Positions 1 through 9,380 of a DNA stretch of 64,000 bases are shown one piece after another. Each line of letters opens with the position of its first letter. The first letter of the stretch is position 1. This DNA comes from Saprospiraceae bacterium (lineage in GTDB: Bacteria > Bacteroidota > Bacteroidia > Chitinophagales > Saprospiraceae): positions 6,912,453-6,976,452 of the forward strand of contig CBDCVZ010000010.1 in the NCBI GenBank assembly GCA_965223215.1, written 5' to 3'. Position numbers and translations under genes: made by a program. Below the pieces are notes generated by a model. The model had not been told where the DNA came from. It saw only the letters and a program-made list of their open reading frames with translations, and did not search any database.

Positions 1-84
1 GAAATGGTCGAAAAAATTGGCCTTTATTGGCACTTTGTCGACTTGGTTTGGGTATTTGTATTTCTTGTATTTTATCTTCTCTAA
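1..84 (+). CDS. cytochrome c oxidase subunit III, C-terminal end (5' part outside window)
   Basis: Frame +1 from nt 1 reads EMVEKIGLYWHFVDLVWVFVFLVFYLL-stop. YWHFVD(V/L)VW is the conserved last-helix motif of heme-copper oxidase subunit III. A subunit IV-like gene follows. Confidence 0.6.
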   Translation, partial: EMVEKIGLYWHFVDLVWVFVFLVFYLL

Positions 85-115
85 TTCTAAAAGATCTTCA
101 ACTAGAAGCTAGATT

Positions 116-562
116 ATGTCAGCACATACATATGAAGAGTCCAAGGGTATTGCCTGGAAAACGATTGTGGTTCTCGGTATCATTACCGTTGTTGAGGTGG
201 CCGTTGCATTGATAGGAAAAGGGTATTTAATCAGTGGTTGGGTGCCTTATGAATCTAGCATCGGTGGATTTCCAATCGGACGAGCAATCATGTATTTGCT
301 CATGATTTCAATGAGCCTCTACAAGGCCTATCTCGTTGTCTTTGAATTTATGCACATGAAATATGAAGTGCGTGGCCTAATGCGTAGTGTGCTGCTCCCT
401 ACAGTACTTTTGGTTTGGGCGATCATTGCCTTTTTCATGGAAGGTAAGTACTGGAGAACTTCTCGGGATATGATCGAAGATCGAAATATTGAGCAAGTTG
501 AAAATACGATGCGTCCCCTAGGCGATGTCATTCAGGTGGAAGACGCCGGTAGCGGTCATTAA
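116..562 (+). CDS. cytochrome c oxidase subunit IV family protein (prokaryotic COX4-like)
   Basis: 148 aa with several hydrophobic helices and an FEFMHMKYE motif typical of the small subunit IV of aa3/caa3 oxidases. It sits directly after the subunit III tail. Confidence 0.6.
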   Translation: MSAHTYEESKGIAWKTIVVLGIITVVEVAVALIGKGYLISGWVPYESSIGGFPIGRAIMYLLMISMSLYKAYLVVFEFMHMKYEVRGLMRSVLLPTVLLVWAIIAFFMEGKYWRTSRDMIEDRNIEQVENTMRPLGDVIQVEDAGSGH

Positions 563-643
563 AACTTAAACTGCAGGCACTTCCGTCCCGTTCTATTTTG
601 GGGACTAGGGATTTTTGCTCGGAGATGACCAATTGTTTCGTGC

Positions 644-1147
644 ATGTCAAGAAAGATCGTTCAGACACTGGTACTCTTGTTATTACTGGTTGGATTTCCA
701 TTGGTATCATGGATCTACCTGAGTGACGGATTGAGTTTTAGATTGGACGCTATAGAAGCTTTGCAACCCAAGTCGGCCCTTCCAACTCCTGGAGATTCAT
801 TGCACCAGAAAGGACAGATCCTGATTTTGTATGATACAGCACATCCAGAGGCACTGAAGGTAGCTCGAGTAAAAGAACATTTCAGTGATCGGGGAGATGT
901 TGTGTTTCTAAACTTTCCATCCGAGATGGAAGTGCTTCAAGACTCTTTGGAAAAAGTAATGAAACTCACCGGTGTGGGAGAAACCTGGAGAGAGTCTATC
1001 TTCTTAATTGGTCAACTGGGTATGATTCGACGCAACTATCTTCTGAGCAGTGATAGTCAAATGGGCGATCTCACCGAGCACATTGCTTTCCTGATTCCGC
1101 CAGATCCTGAAAGGGATTTTGATTTTCGCCGAGAAGTTGAGAAATAA
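644..1147 (+). CDS. membrane-anchored SCO-like/thioredoxin-fold-like protein lacking any cysteine (hypothetical)
   Basis: 167 aa with an N-terminal anchor (LVLLLLLVGFPLVSWIYL). It occupies the slot between subunit IV and DUF420 where SCO1/SenC usually sits. The C-terminal IFLIGQLGMIRRNY resembles the SCO strand pattern, but there is no CxxxC and zero Cys. Confidence 0.4.
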   Translation: MSRKIVQTLVLLLLLVGFPLVSWIYLSDGLSFRLDAIEALQPKSALPTPGDSLHQKGQILILYDTAHPEALKVARVKEHFSDRGDVVFLNFPSEMEVLQDSLEKVMKLTGVGETWRESIFLIGQLGMIRRNYLLSSDSQMGDLTEHIAFLIPPDPERDFDFRREVEK

Positions 1148-1686
1148 TGCTGGTGGACGATAAGAGTAGGGTCGAAGAGAGAAAACTGAACCGATGGGCC
1201 TGGTTCGTTAGCATGGTCGTATTTTTACTGGTTGTGGTCATGCGTCGTTTTAAGATCGAGACCAATATCGACTTTACTTATTTACCCGCCATATATTCCA
1301 CGATCAATGCAATCACCTTTGTCCTTTTGTTAATTGGATTTTATTTGATTCGGTTCAGGCGAGATCAGATATCTCACCAACGGGTGATGTCTGCAGCCAT
1401 GGTAGCCTCAGGTCTTTTCCTATTATTGTATGTACTCTATCACATGACAACTCCAGAGACCTCATTTTGTGGCGAGGGTCCAAGTCGGGCTATCTATTTC
1501 ATGGTGCTGATCTCTCACATCGTCCTTGCTGCAGTGATTTTGCCTTTTATCCTTTTCACCTATATCAGAGCCTACACCAAGCAGTTTCAGAGACATAAAA
1601 AATTGGCGAGATGGGTTTGGCCTCTTTGGCTATATGTGGCTGCATCTGGCCCCATCATCTACCTGATGTTGCGACCTTGCTATTAA
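1147..1686 (+). CDS. DUF420 domain-containing membrane protein (cox-cluster associated)
   Basis: 179 aa with 4 predicted TM helices. The start overlaps the upstream stop (TAATG). Size and pattern match the DUF420 proteins that follow SCO genes in oxidase clusters. Confidence 0.7.
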   Translation: MLVDDKSRVEERKLNRWAWFVSMVVFLLVVVMRRFKIETNIDFTYLPAIYSTINAITFVLLLIGFYLIRFRRDQISHQRVMSAAMVASGLFLLLYVLYHMTTPETSFCGEGPSRAIYFMVLISHIVLAAVILPFILFTYIRAYTKQFQRHKKLARWVWPLWLYVAASGPIIYLMLRPCY

Positions 1687-1713
1687 GTTCAAATGATGTA
1701 AATTTGCACTGAG

Positions 1714-1983
1714 ATGATCAAAAAATTTAGACCACTGCTCTTCACTATTCTAATGGTTGGTTTTGTATCCTTCCATAGCATTCCAGAGGCTTCTGCTCAA
1801 TGCCCCATGTGCAAGATGTCGGCCGAATCTAATCTAAGAAGTGGCGGTTCACATGGCAAGGGGCTTAATGCAGGGATCCTATTTATTTTATCGCTTCCTT
1901 ATCTCCTTGTGGGATCAATTGGGTACGCTTGGTGGCGAAATAGCAGGCAATATGAACTAGAAAACCCAGACCAGGGAGCCTAG
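1714..1983 (+). CDS. small secreted, C-terminally anchored protein with CPMC motif (hypothetical)
   Basis: 89 aa. The signal peptide ends in ASA, followed directly by QCPMCKM. There is one C-terminal TM helix (GILFILSLPYLLVGSIGYAWW). Confidence 0.5.
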   Translation: MIKKFRPLLFTILMVGFVSFHSIPEASAQCPMCKMSAESNLRSGGSHGKGLNAGILFILSLPYLLVGSIGYAWWRNSRQYELENPDQGA

Positions 1984-1985
1984 TA

Positions 1986-2444
1986 CTAGTACGCAATAAT
2001 GTAGCGCAGGCCGACACCGGCACTGCGCAAGAAAGCTCTTCCACCACTCTTCAATCTTAATCGGGGCGTCCAATCTACTGTAATATTGATTGGAATTGAT
2101 TCAAAGCTTGCATCCAGGCCCAGAGCACCCATGATGCCCCACGCAGAAAAATTGCGAGCGGTCGTCAGATACGGACCGACACCCCAGTACCATTGTACCC
2201 TCCTCACTCCAATATCTTCATGTTTTTGCAATAGTACAGATACGCCAAAGAAGTCGTAATCATAGGAGCCAAGAATGGCTTCCAAAGCAATCGGATCTGA
2301 TAAGAACTTTTTATAGGAGATGGTAGCCCCGGTGCCACCGCGCAATCCAGCAGCATCCCGGTAATACTGCGCTTGTACCAGATTGTATGAAAAACCAAGG
2401 AGTAGCAGGGGAACGATCAATCTGATACAAGCGCTCATATTCAT
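1986..2444 (-). CDS. small outer-membrane beta-barrel-like protein (hypothetical), paralog 1
   Basis: 152 aa with a signal peptide ending VQAQ, alternating beta-strand pattern and C-terminal GLRYIIAY. It shares AAGLR, QWY.G.G, GLD..F..IP.N...DW.P and RYI motifs with the next ORF. Confidence 0.55.
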   Translation of the reverse strand: MNMSACIRLIVPLLLLGFSYNLVQAQYYRDAAGLRGGTGATISYKKFLSDPIALEAILGSYDYDFFGVSVLLQKHEDIGVRRVQWYWGVGPYLTTARNFSAWGIMGALGLDASFESIPINITVDWTPRLRLKSGGRAFLRSAGVGLRYIIAY

Positions 2445-2453
2445 ATTGGAAAG

Positions 2454-2963
2454 TTAGAAAATATATCTGATTGCTAGTCCACCCGTGGTGCCAGTAAATC
2501 CTCCACCATTAAATATGATGCCGGGCATCCAATCTAAGCTGACGTTCAATGGAATATCATCAAAAGCATAATCTAAGCCGATTACGCCAAGGATTCCGAA
2601 ACTAGCACCACCAGTACTCGAACTACCGACACGACTGGTTGAAAATCCAACGAGACCACCACCACCAACATACCATTGGAGACCCTCCAGCACCTCGTCT
2701 AAAGGCTTGTGGATTTCATAGAGGGCGGAAATGGCAATAGAACGGCTGGAAACAAAGCCAAGGTATCCCGCGCTGCGAATGTTGACAATCGCCTCCACTG
2801 CATTGCCCTCGTCTAAAAAATGTTTGATGGTACCACCCACACCCCAGCCAACTCTAAGTCCTGCTGCGGTCGTATAAGTCTGTGCCTGTAACGTAAAGAT
2901 GCCACATAATCCAAAAATGAATAGGGCCATGATCGATTTTTTCATCTTAAGTCGTGTTTTCAA
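2454..2963 (-). CDS. small outer-membrane beta-barrel-like protein (hypothetical), paralog 2
   Basis: 169 aa with a signal peptide ending LQAQ, Gly-rich loops and C-terminal LAIRYIF. It is a tandem paralog of 1986-2444. An alternative start at Met7 (nt 2945) is possible. Confidence 0.55.
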   Translation of the reverse strand: MKTRLKMKKSIMALFIFGLCGIFTLQAQTYTTAAGLRVGWGVGGTIKHFLDEGNAVEAIVNIRSAGYLGFVSSRSIAISALYEIHKPLDEVLEGLQWYVGGGGLVGFSTSRVGSSSTGGASFGILGVIGLDYAFDDIPLNVSLDWMPGIIFNGGGFTGTTGGLAIRYIF

Positions 2964-3027
2964 TGTGGTTAAATTTAAATAAGTGTCCTATATATTAAAA
3001 GATGGAAGGTTTGCATAATACCCCCAT

Positions 3028-3438
3028 CTAACCATGCTCCTTTTTATTGGCCCCTCGGCATTTCCATGCTAGCATTATCCAACCGACTAAGAAGAAGATC
3101 CCTCCCAGGGGAGTAATTGGTCCGAGTATTTTGGTTGGAATCCCGGTCAGATCACTCGTTGCCAACAAGTAAATTGATCCTGAAAAGCAGAGAATCCCAA
3201 GCAGAAAGGACCGTATCACCCAAGTTAACATCAATTGAGGGTTACTTGCTAACAGGGCACCAATTATTAATATCGCAAGGCTGTGCAGTAGATGATACAG
3301 CACACCTGTCTGATAAGTGTCTAAATCAGCTGCTCCCAAGTGAGCACGTAAACCATGTGCTCCAAAAGCACCTAATATAATGCCAACAGCCATCAGGATG
3401 GCACCATATCTGATCGCGGTCAGTGCGTTTCGGTTCAT
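3028..3438 (-). CDS. DUF423 domain-containing membrane protein (YgdD-like)
   Basis: 136 aa with 4 TM helices. GAFGAHGL and YHLLHSLA motifs are characteristic of DUF423. Confidence 0.75.
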   Translation of the reverse strand: MNRNALTAIRYGAILMAVGIILGAFGAHGLRAHLGAADLDTYQTGVLYHLLHSLAILIIGALLASNPQLMLTWVIRSFLLGILCFSGSIYLLATSDLTGIPTKILGPITPLGGIFFLVGWIMLAWKCRGANKKEHG

Positions 3439-3524
3439 ACCCTCGATTAATTAGTAAGAGTGAGAATGAGTCATTTTTCCATAGATAGATCGTAGACATC
3501 AAAAGGTAAACACCAAAACTAAAA

Positions 3525-5225
3525 TTAACCGGAAAGTTTTGTGTTTTTACCCTGCACTACCTGTACCAAAAAGCCAATGGCGATCACGCCAATGCATCCG
3601 ATCGGATTCAGCCATAAATATCCAACATCAGTAGTGAAATACATCAGCAGCACAATCGCCTCGGTGATTAAGGCGCCAATAAAGACCGGCGTTCCCCAGA
3701 TAGATTTAAAGTAGAAGGCAACCAGGAATATCCCTAGAATGGTGCCATAAAAACAAGAGCCAACAATATTCACAAATTGTATCAGATTTTCAAACAGCGT
3801 ACCAAAGCACGCAAATGCAATTGCGATCAACCCCCACATGAGTGTAAAGCCCTTAGAGGCCTGCAAGTAGTGACTGTCACTTCCTTGGGCATTGATAGAC
3901 CTCTTATAAATGTCTACGGTCGTTGTCGATGCCAAGGCATTTAGCTCGGACGCGGTAGATGACATCGCTGCTGAAAAGATCACCGCAAGTAATAATCCAA
4001 CCAGTCCCTGGGGTAAGTGATTGAGTATAAAAGTAATAAAGACGTAGTCACGATCATTCGTCTCAATGCTCTCATCAGCTTGAGTGATCACGGCCCGTGC
4101 CTGTTCGCGTACATCATTTTGTGCGTTCTCGTTGGTGGTCATCTGCTGCTTGAGGTTTGCAACCGCAGCCTCATCTGATTCTCGAATAGCACTTAAGTAT
4201 GCTGTATTGAGGCGCTGACGCTCCGTAAATAATTGGTCTTTTCGATTTTCTAGATCTTGAAAGGTAGCCGCGTACTCACCGGTTGCTACTCGCTCATAGG
4301 CCGTTTCATTAAAAAAAATGGGTGCTTCATTGTATTGATAAAACACAAAAACCATGATGCCTACCAACAGAATGAAAAACTGCATAGGCACCTTCAAAAG
4401 TCCATTGAATATCAGGCCCATCCGACTCTCACGAATGCTTCGCCCAGAAAGGTACCGCTGCACCTGGCTTTGATCTGTACCAAAGTACGCCAACATCAGA
4501 AAGGTGCCGGCGGTTATGCCAGACCAGAAGGTATATCGATTATTCCAATCAAAAGAGAAATCAACGGTTTGCAGTTTCCCTGTGGCTCCAGCCACCCGCA
4601 GCGAGTCGACAAAGGAGATACCTTCAGGGAGATAGGAAATAAGCAGAAAAAAAGCGACAAACATGCCCCCAAAAATGACCAGCATTTGATACTTATGGGT
4701 TACACTAACTGCACGAGTGCCACCCGACACAGTGTAGGCAATCACTAAGAGACCAATAATTAAATTAGTGAGGTTTAAATTCCAACCCATGATGGTACTC
4801 AAAATGATCGCAGGGGCATAGATGGTAATTCCTGCTCCAAGCCCGCGCTGAATGAGAAATAGCGTCGCCGCTAAAGATCTCGTTTTGAGATCAAAGCGAT
4901 TTTCCAAAAACTCGTAGGCTGTGTATACCTTGAGTTTGTGGTAAATTGGGATAAAGGTGACGCACACAATCACCATAGCAATGGGAAGACCAAAGTAAAA
5001 TTGGGTAAATCCCATACCATCCGCAAAAGCTTGACCCGGTGTAGATAGAAAAGTGATGGCACTTGCCTGCGTGGCCATTACCGACAGACCAATGGTCCAC
5101 CACTTTGCCTCCTTATTGCCCAGGAGAAACTGATCTATATTTTTACTTCCTCTCGTTTTCCAAATGCCGAAGCCAACAATTAGTAAGAGCGTAGATCCTA
5201 AAATAATCCAGTCAATGGTACTCAT
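3525..5225 (-). CDS. sodium:solute symporter family transporter (SSF/SGLT-like)
   Basis: Multi-TM protein with SSF-type helices (GLSVMATQASAITFLSTPG, GGTRAVSVT). I start it at the internal Met (MSTIDWIILG) rather than the longest ORF start at 5300. It contains a long hydrophilic insert. Confidence 0.85.
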   Translation of the reverse strand: MSTIDWIILGSTLLLIVGFGIWKTRGSKNIDQFLLGNKEAKWWTIGLSVMATQASAITFLSTPGQAFADGMGFTQFYFGLPIAMVIVCVTFIPIYHKLKVYTAYEFLENRFDLKTRSLAATLFLIQRGLGAGITIYAPAIILSTIMGWNLNLTNLIIGLLVIAYTVSGGTRAVSVTHKYQMLVIFGGMFVAFFLLISYLPEGISFVDSLRVAGATGKLQTVDFSFDWNNRYTFWSGITAGTFLMLAYFGTDQSQVQRYLSGRSIRESRMGLIFNGLLKVPMQFFILLVGIMVFVFYQYNEAPIFFNETAYERVATGEYAATFQDLENRKDQLFTERQRLNTAYLSAIRESDEAAVANLKQQMTTNENAQNDVREQARAVITQADESIETNDRDYVFITFILNHLPQGLVGLLLAVIFSAAMSSTASELNALASTTTVDIYKRSINAQGSDSHYLQASKGFTLMWGLIAIAFACFGTLFENLIQFVNIVGSCFYGTILGIFLVAFYFKSIWGTPVFIGALITEAIVLLMYFTTDVGYLWLNPIGCIGVIAIGFLVQVVQGKNTKLSG

Positions 5226-5369
5226 AAGGCTGTTTCCAGGATCAAGAAAAATAGTTGGTAAACCAAATAAATAGAAGAATAACCACGGCGAGCGCTGCAA
5301 TCAGCAGAATGTAAATCTTAATCCAGTTTTCTACCGGCTCTGGCTGGTCGGTCTCGTGATCTCTGGGTT

Positions 5370-7877
5370 TCAAGGCTCCTTCCTTTTACCGAGCGATATC
5401 ATGTTGGTGAAAATCCGAAAGGCTCCCGGTACACCTGCGGGTAATTCTCTAAACCACGAATAACCAGTATAGACGTACCATCCTTTTCCATAGGGGGCGA
5501 CCAGAAGACCCCCGTCTCGCGGAGGTTCACCAGGATCATTGCTTGAGAGGACAGCAGTAAATTGATCATCCCATTCATTGGCAAAATAAAGACCTCGTTC
5601 CTGAACCCATCCATCAAAGTCGGCCTCAGTAATCCTATTGGGCGATTGCATCACTGGATGCTCGGGAGCCAGGATTCGTACCTCTGCATCTTCCACAGCT
5701 ACCCGCTCTCGTGATAATTGAATGGGATATGGTGCGAGTTGGTCTGTCTTGAGCCGACGGTTCGTATTGTACTGAACTATTAGGTTGCCACCCTCTTCTA
5801 CATATTTAAAGAGTGCCTCTTGATAAAAGCGAATTCGATCTGAAGTGTTGTAGGCTCGCACACCAGTGATAATGGCGTCATACTGTGATAGCGATGAAGA
5901 TTGAAAATCTCCATCTTCTAACATGGTAACATCATATCCCACCTGCTCGAGAAACTCAGGTATCTTATCACCAGCTCCCTCAATGTAACCGATCTTTTCT
6001 CCGGCGATGGCAAGGTCCACCTTCACCACTTTCGCTCGAGCTGGCTTTAGGATGGTTTGGGTGGGTATGTGATCATGTTCGATGACAGTGGCCGCGAGGT
6101 CATACACCGCTTCAGGGTTCGCGGCATCAATAAAGACCACGGAAATTTCATCTTCGGAGGCATGAGCGGGTGGAATCAACTCAAATTGCAGTAGGGCCTC
6201 TTCACCTTTGGTTCCGAGCGATACCTCGTGTGTGGCTGGATTAATCTCCCAGTCATCAGGTACCTTCATACGAACCGTACCCTTGAGACCATCCTGGTTG
6301 GCCTTGAGCAGTACGGAGATTACTTTGGGTGTGGGTACACCAAAGACATAGACCTCTTCTGTAATATTTAGATACACCGGTGGCGTGATCACGAAGGGGC
6401 GGTAAACTTCGCCATGCACCGGATCATTTCTCTTGTACACCACCGGACTTTGGTAGGAAAGTACCTCACCATCAATGATCAGATCATACATGATGGATAC
6501 CGGATCCTCATTTTCTGGAGTGCCTCGTAGTTTTTGGTCTTTGACATTGTACATACCTAAACTACCTTTTTTGACCAGCCAGTATGGTGTAGAATACGCG
6601 ATTTCGCTGGGAATATCCAAACTTATTTCCTTGTTAAATCGCTTATTTTGCTCCAGATTAATCTCGATGGCGGTGTCTATGGGATCTACATCAAAACGTA
6701 CGTTGATCAGCTTGATGCCAACATCTGAGCGGTTCACTGCCTCCAGATAGACAGGCATCGAATTGCCAGGAGCACCCGAATAGTCATCTGCTACGGCTTC
6801 GATGTATAGGCCTGAACACCAGTAAATAATGTCTTTTAATTCACGGAGCTTCATAGGTACCCAGAAGCCATCATTTGGAATGCCTTTAATGGCTCGGTAT
6901 ACCTGCATTAATGCCGGTACGGAGGCGGCAGGATTTTGTACATCAAAATCCGTCTCAACCTTTTGGAGCATAGCGGCGATCGGCGCACCGCCTTTGATTC
7001 TCGACCAGTCAGTCGTGATCCCATCCAGAGCATTGTGCTCAAAAGGGTCGCCTTTTATCAATTCAATATATTCAGTTTCAGAACCTCGCACACCGGTGGA
7101 ACCAAAACCCTGCGACTTGTGCATACTTCGACTCGTAGCTGCAATCTCATTATTCGATTTACCGAGCACTGGATAGTAGACCCCCACATCAATTTCCAAC
7201 ATGTTGGATTTGTCTGCCTCGGCAAATTTTTCACGGCTACCATAAAACCACCATGAAGTATTGAAAAAAAGTCGCTTTGGCTTCCAGACTTCCACAAACC
7301 TCAATTGATCTGGATAAACCGTGGGATCACCGGCTAGATCGAAAGCCCGGTCCGATAGGATAGCTGATGAGGTATGGTGACCGTGATTAGGGCGGTCACT
7401 GCGATGATCAAAGCGATTTATGATGATGTCGGGCCTTGTCTTTCGAATTGCCCAGACTACATCCTGAAGTACCTGGTCCTCATTCCACAAGTTCAGGGTT
7501 TCATCTGGATTTTTGGAATAGCCAAAATCGTTGGCTCGCGTAAAGAGCTGATGGCCACCATCGGTTGCTCTTGCCTGCAGTAGCTCCTGGGTCCTGATGA
7601 GACCCAATTGCTCTCTAATCTCCGGTCCTATCAAATTCTGACCTCCATCTCCACGCGTCATGGAGAGGTAGGTGGTATACATGTGTTTGGCATTGGCGTA
7701 GTAGGAGATCATCCGGGTGTTTTCGTCGTCGGGATGGGCCGCAACATACAACACCGAACCCAACACCTGCAGTTTTTGCAGGGCAGCATAGATCTCGGCT
7801 GATGAAGGTTTGTCTGGCGTCTGTGCATGGATCACCTGACCGATTAACAGAAATAAGAGCAGGGACAATCGCTTCAT
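5370..7877 (-). CDS. PIG-L/LmbE family deacetylase, large multidomain form
   Basis: 835 aa with a signal peptide. The N-terminal AAHPDDE...TRGDGGQN...HHT motifs are the LmbE/PIG-L zinc deacetylase signature. A long C-terminal extension ends in a Rossmann-like amidotransferase/ThuA-like region. Confidence 0.75.
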   Translation of the reverse strand: MKRLSLLLFLLIGQVIHAQTPDKPSSAEIYAALQKLQVLGSVLYVAAHPDDENTRMISYYANAKHMYTTYLSMTRGDGGQNLIGPEIREQLGLIRTQELLQARATDGGHQLFTRANDFGYSKNPDETLNLWNEDQVLQDVVWAIRKTRPDIIINRFDHRSDRPNHGHHTSSAILSDRAFDLAGDPTVYPDQLRFVEVWKPKRLFFNTSWWFYGSREKFAEADKSNMLEIDVGVYYPVLGKSNNEIAATSRSMHKSQGFGSTGVRGSETEYIELIKGDPFEHNALDGITTDWSRIKGGAPIAAMLQKVETDFDVQNPAASVPALMQVYRAIKGIPNDGFWVPMKLRELKDIIYWCSGLYIEAVADDYSGAPGNSMPVYLEAVNRSDVGIKLINVRFDVDPIDTAIEINLEQNKRFNKEISLDIPSEIAYSTPYWLVKKGSLGMYNVKDQKLRGTPENEDPVSIMYDLIIDGEVLSYQSPVVYKRNDPVHGEVYRPFVITPPVYLNITEEVYVFGVPTPKVISVLLKANQDGLKGTVRMKVPDDWEINPATHEVSLGTKGEEALLQFELIPPAHASEDEISVVFIDAANPEAVYDLAATVIEHDHIPTQTILKPARAKVVKVDLAIAGEKIGYIEGAGDKIPEFLEQVGYDVTMLEDGDFQSSSLSQYDAIITGVRAYNTSDRIRFYQEALFKYVEEGGNLIVQYNTNRRLKTDQLAPYPIQLSRERVAVEDAEVRILAPEHPVMQSPNRITEADFDGWVQERGLYFANEWDDQFTAVLSSNDPGEPPRDGGLLVAPYGKGWYVYTGYSWFRELPAGVPGAFRIFTNMISLGKRKEP

Positions 7878-8087
7878 ATAGATCTTTATTTTTATATGAT
7901 CTAATTTATGAAAATTAGACCGGACCCCGGCATCGATTACATCTTGATAACAAGTAGGTTAGGATATGTTATGTCTATCCGTCCATCCCAGCAGACCGTG
8001 ATCAAAGTGGTAGCAACAGAGGGGATTACCAGGACCGATTACGTGACTGTAATTATTAACTTTGCCCACCTGAATCTAGATAGGTAA

Positions 8088-9341
8088 ATGGAAGTCCACA
8101 AATTTGGTGGTGCATCTATTAAAGATGCCACTGCCATTCAAAATCTGGCCAGGATCGTATCTGACCTGCCTGCAAACTCCATTTTGGTGATTTCTGCGAT
8201 GGGCAAAACAACGAATGCGTTGGAACGTGTTGTTTCAGCTTATTGCCAAGGTTCTGAAGACGCGATTGCGCTGCTCGAAACCATCAAGTCTGAGCATTTC
8301 CAAGTTATAGCTGATCTAGGCATTGGTTCGTCGTCATTGCTAGACAGTATCAATGATATTTTTGTGGAGGCGGAGTGGGTCTTGGAAGACGATTTACAGG
8401 ATGACTTCGACTATATCTACGATCAAATTGTGCCGGTGGGTGAATTGGCAGCCACCAAAATCATCTCTTCTTACCTGGCTGACTGTCACCTTGACAATCA
8501 ATGGACCGATGCTAGAAGTCTAATTCGGACAGATGAGCGCTACCGGAGTGCGGAGGTTGATTGGCCAAGGACGGAGGCACTTTGCCGAAGACTGTTATTG
8601 CCTCGTGAAGACAGAATCATTGTGACCCAGGGCTTTATTGGTGCTACCCCTGACAACAATTCTACCACTTTAGGTAGAGAGGGCTCAGATTACTCGGGAG
8701 CCATCCTGGCAAGTGCCCTGCTGGCAAGCTCACTCACACTGTGGAAAGATGTCACGGGAGTACTCGACGGAGACCCGAAGTACTATGCTGATGCTGAAAG
8801 GGTGCCATGTTTAACCTACGAAGATGTTGGCTTGTTGACAGCATTTGGTGCCAAAGTGATTCATCCGAAAACGATTAGGCCGCTCCAAAAAGGCTCTATT
8901 CCCTTGGTGGTGAGGCCCTTTGATGATCCGGCTGCAGGGGGGACCTCGGTCAGTGAGGATTGTAATACAGCACCGCCACCCCTTCGAATTTATCTTAAGG
9001 GATTACCGTTGCTGGAGAACTTTGCACACGACGGCGATCTGCCAAAGACGGATGAGCTGATCAAACTCCTGGAGCGATGGCTGGGGCCATCCTATTTTGT
9101 CCTCTTCAACCCCTTAAGAATTGTTTCTGCAGCGCATCCAAATGAACAAGTGTCGGATCTCTTGGCTGAAGCAGGTTGGACTTTTACGGCTCAGACGGTA
9201 GATCTTGAAACGGTTCTTTATCCAACCAATGGGTATGATCCAGAGACTAATTCTGTGTTATTTTGCCATCGAGACCAAGAAAAGATCCAGGTTGTCCATC
9301 GATCTGAAGCCCACACCCTAAAAAATCCCCCCTCTAACTAA
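8088..9341 (+). CDS. lysC: aspartate kinase
   Basis: 417 aa. The N-terminal KFGGASI motif, AMGKTTN, and the GREGSDYSGA / VIHPKT motifs belong to the amino-acid kinase fold of aspartokinases. Confidence 0.85.
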   Translation: MEVHKFGGASIKDATAIQNLARIVSDLPANSILVISAMGKTTNALERVVSAYCQGSEDAIALLETIKSEHFQVIADLGIGSSSLLDSINDIFVEAEWVLEDDLQDDFDYIYDQIVPVGELAATKIISSYLADCHLDNQWTDARSLIRTDERYRSAEVDWPRTEALCRRLLLPREDRIIVTQGFIGATPDNNSTTLGREGSDYSGAILASALLASSLTLWKDVTGVLDGDPKYYADAERVPCLTYEDVGLLTAFGAKVIHPKTIRPLQKGSIPLVVRPFDDPAAGGTSVSEDCNTAPPPLRIYLKGLPLLENFAHDGDLPKTDELIKLLERWLGPSYFVLFNPLRIVSAAHPNEQVSDLLAEAGWTFTAQTVDLETVLYPTNGYDPETNSVLFCHRDQEKIQVVHRSEAHTLKNPPSN

Positions 9342-9380
9342 TCATGGCTGGGGTCATGTCACAACGTTGATCTCCATTAT

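Noticed and set aside
7878-8087. A 210-nt leader upstream of lysC, where a lysine (L-box) riboswitch could be expected.
   Set aside because: I could not find the conserved L-box cores (AGAGGNGC, GCCGAAG-type junctions, CUGUCA). A covariance-model scan (Rfam RF00168) would be needed to settle this.
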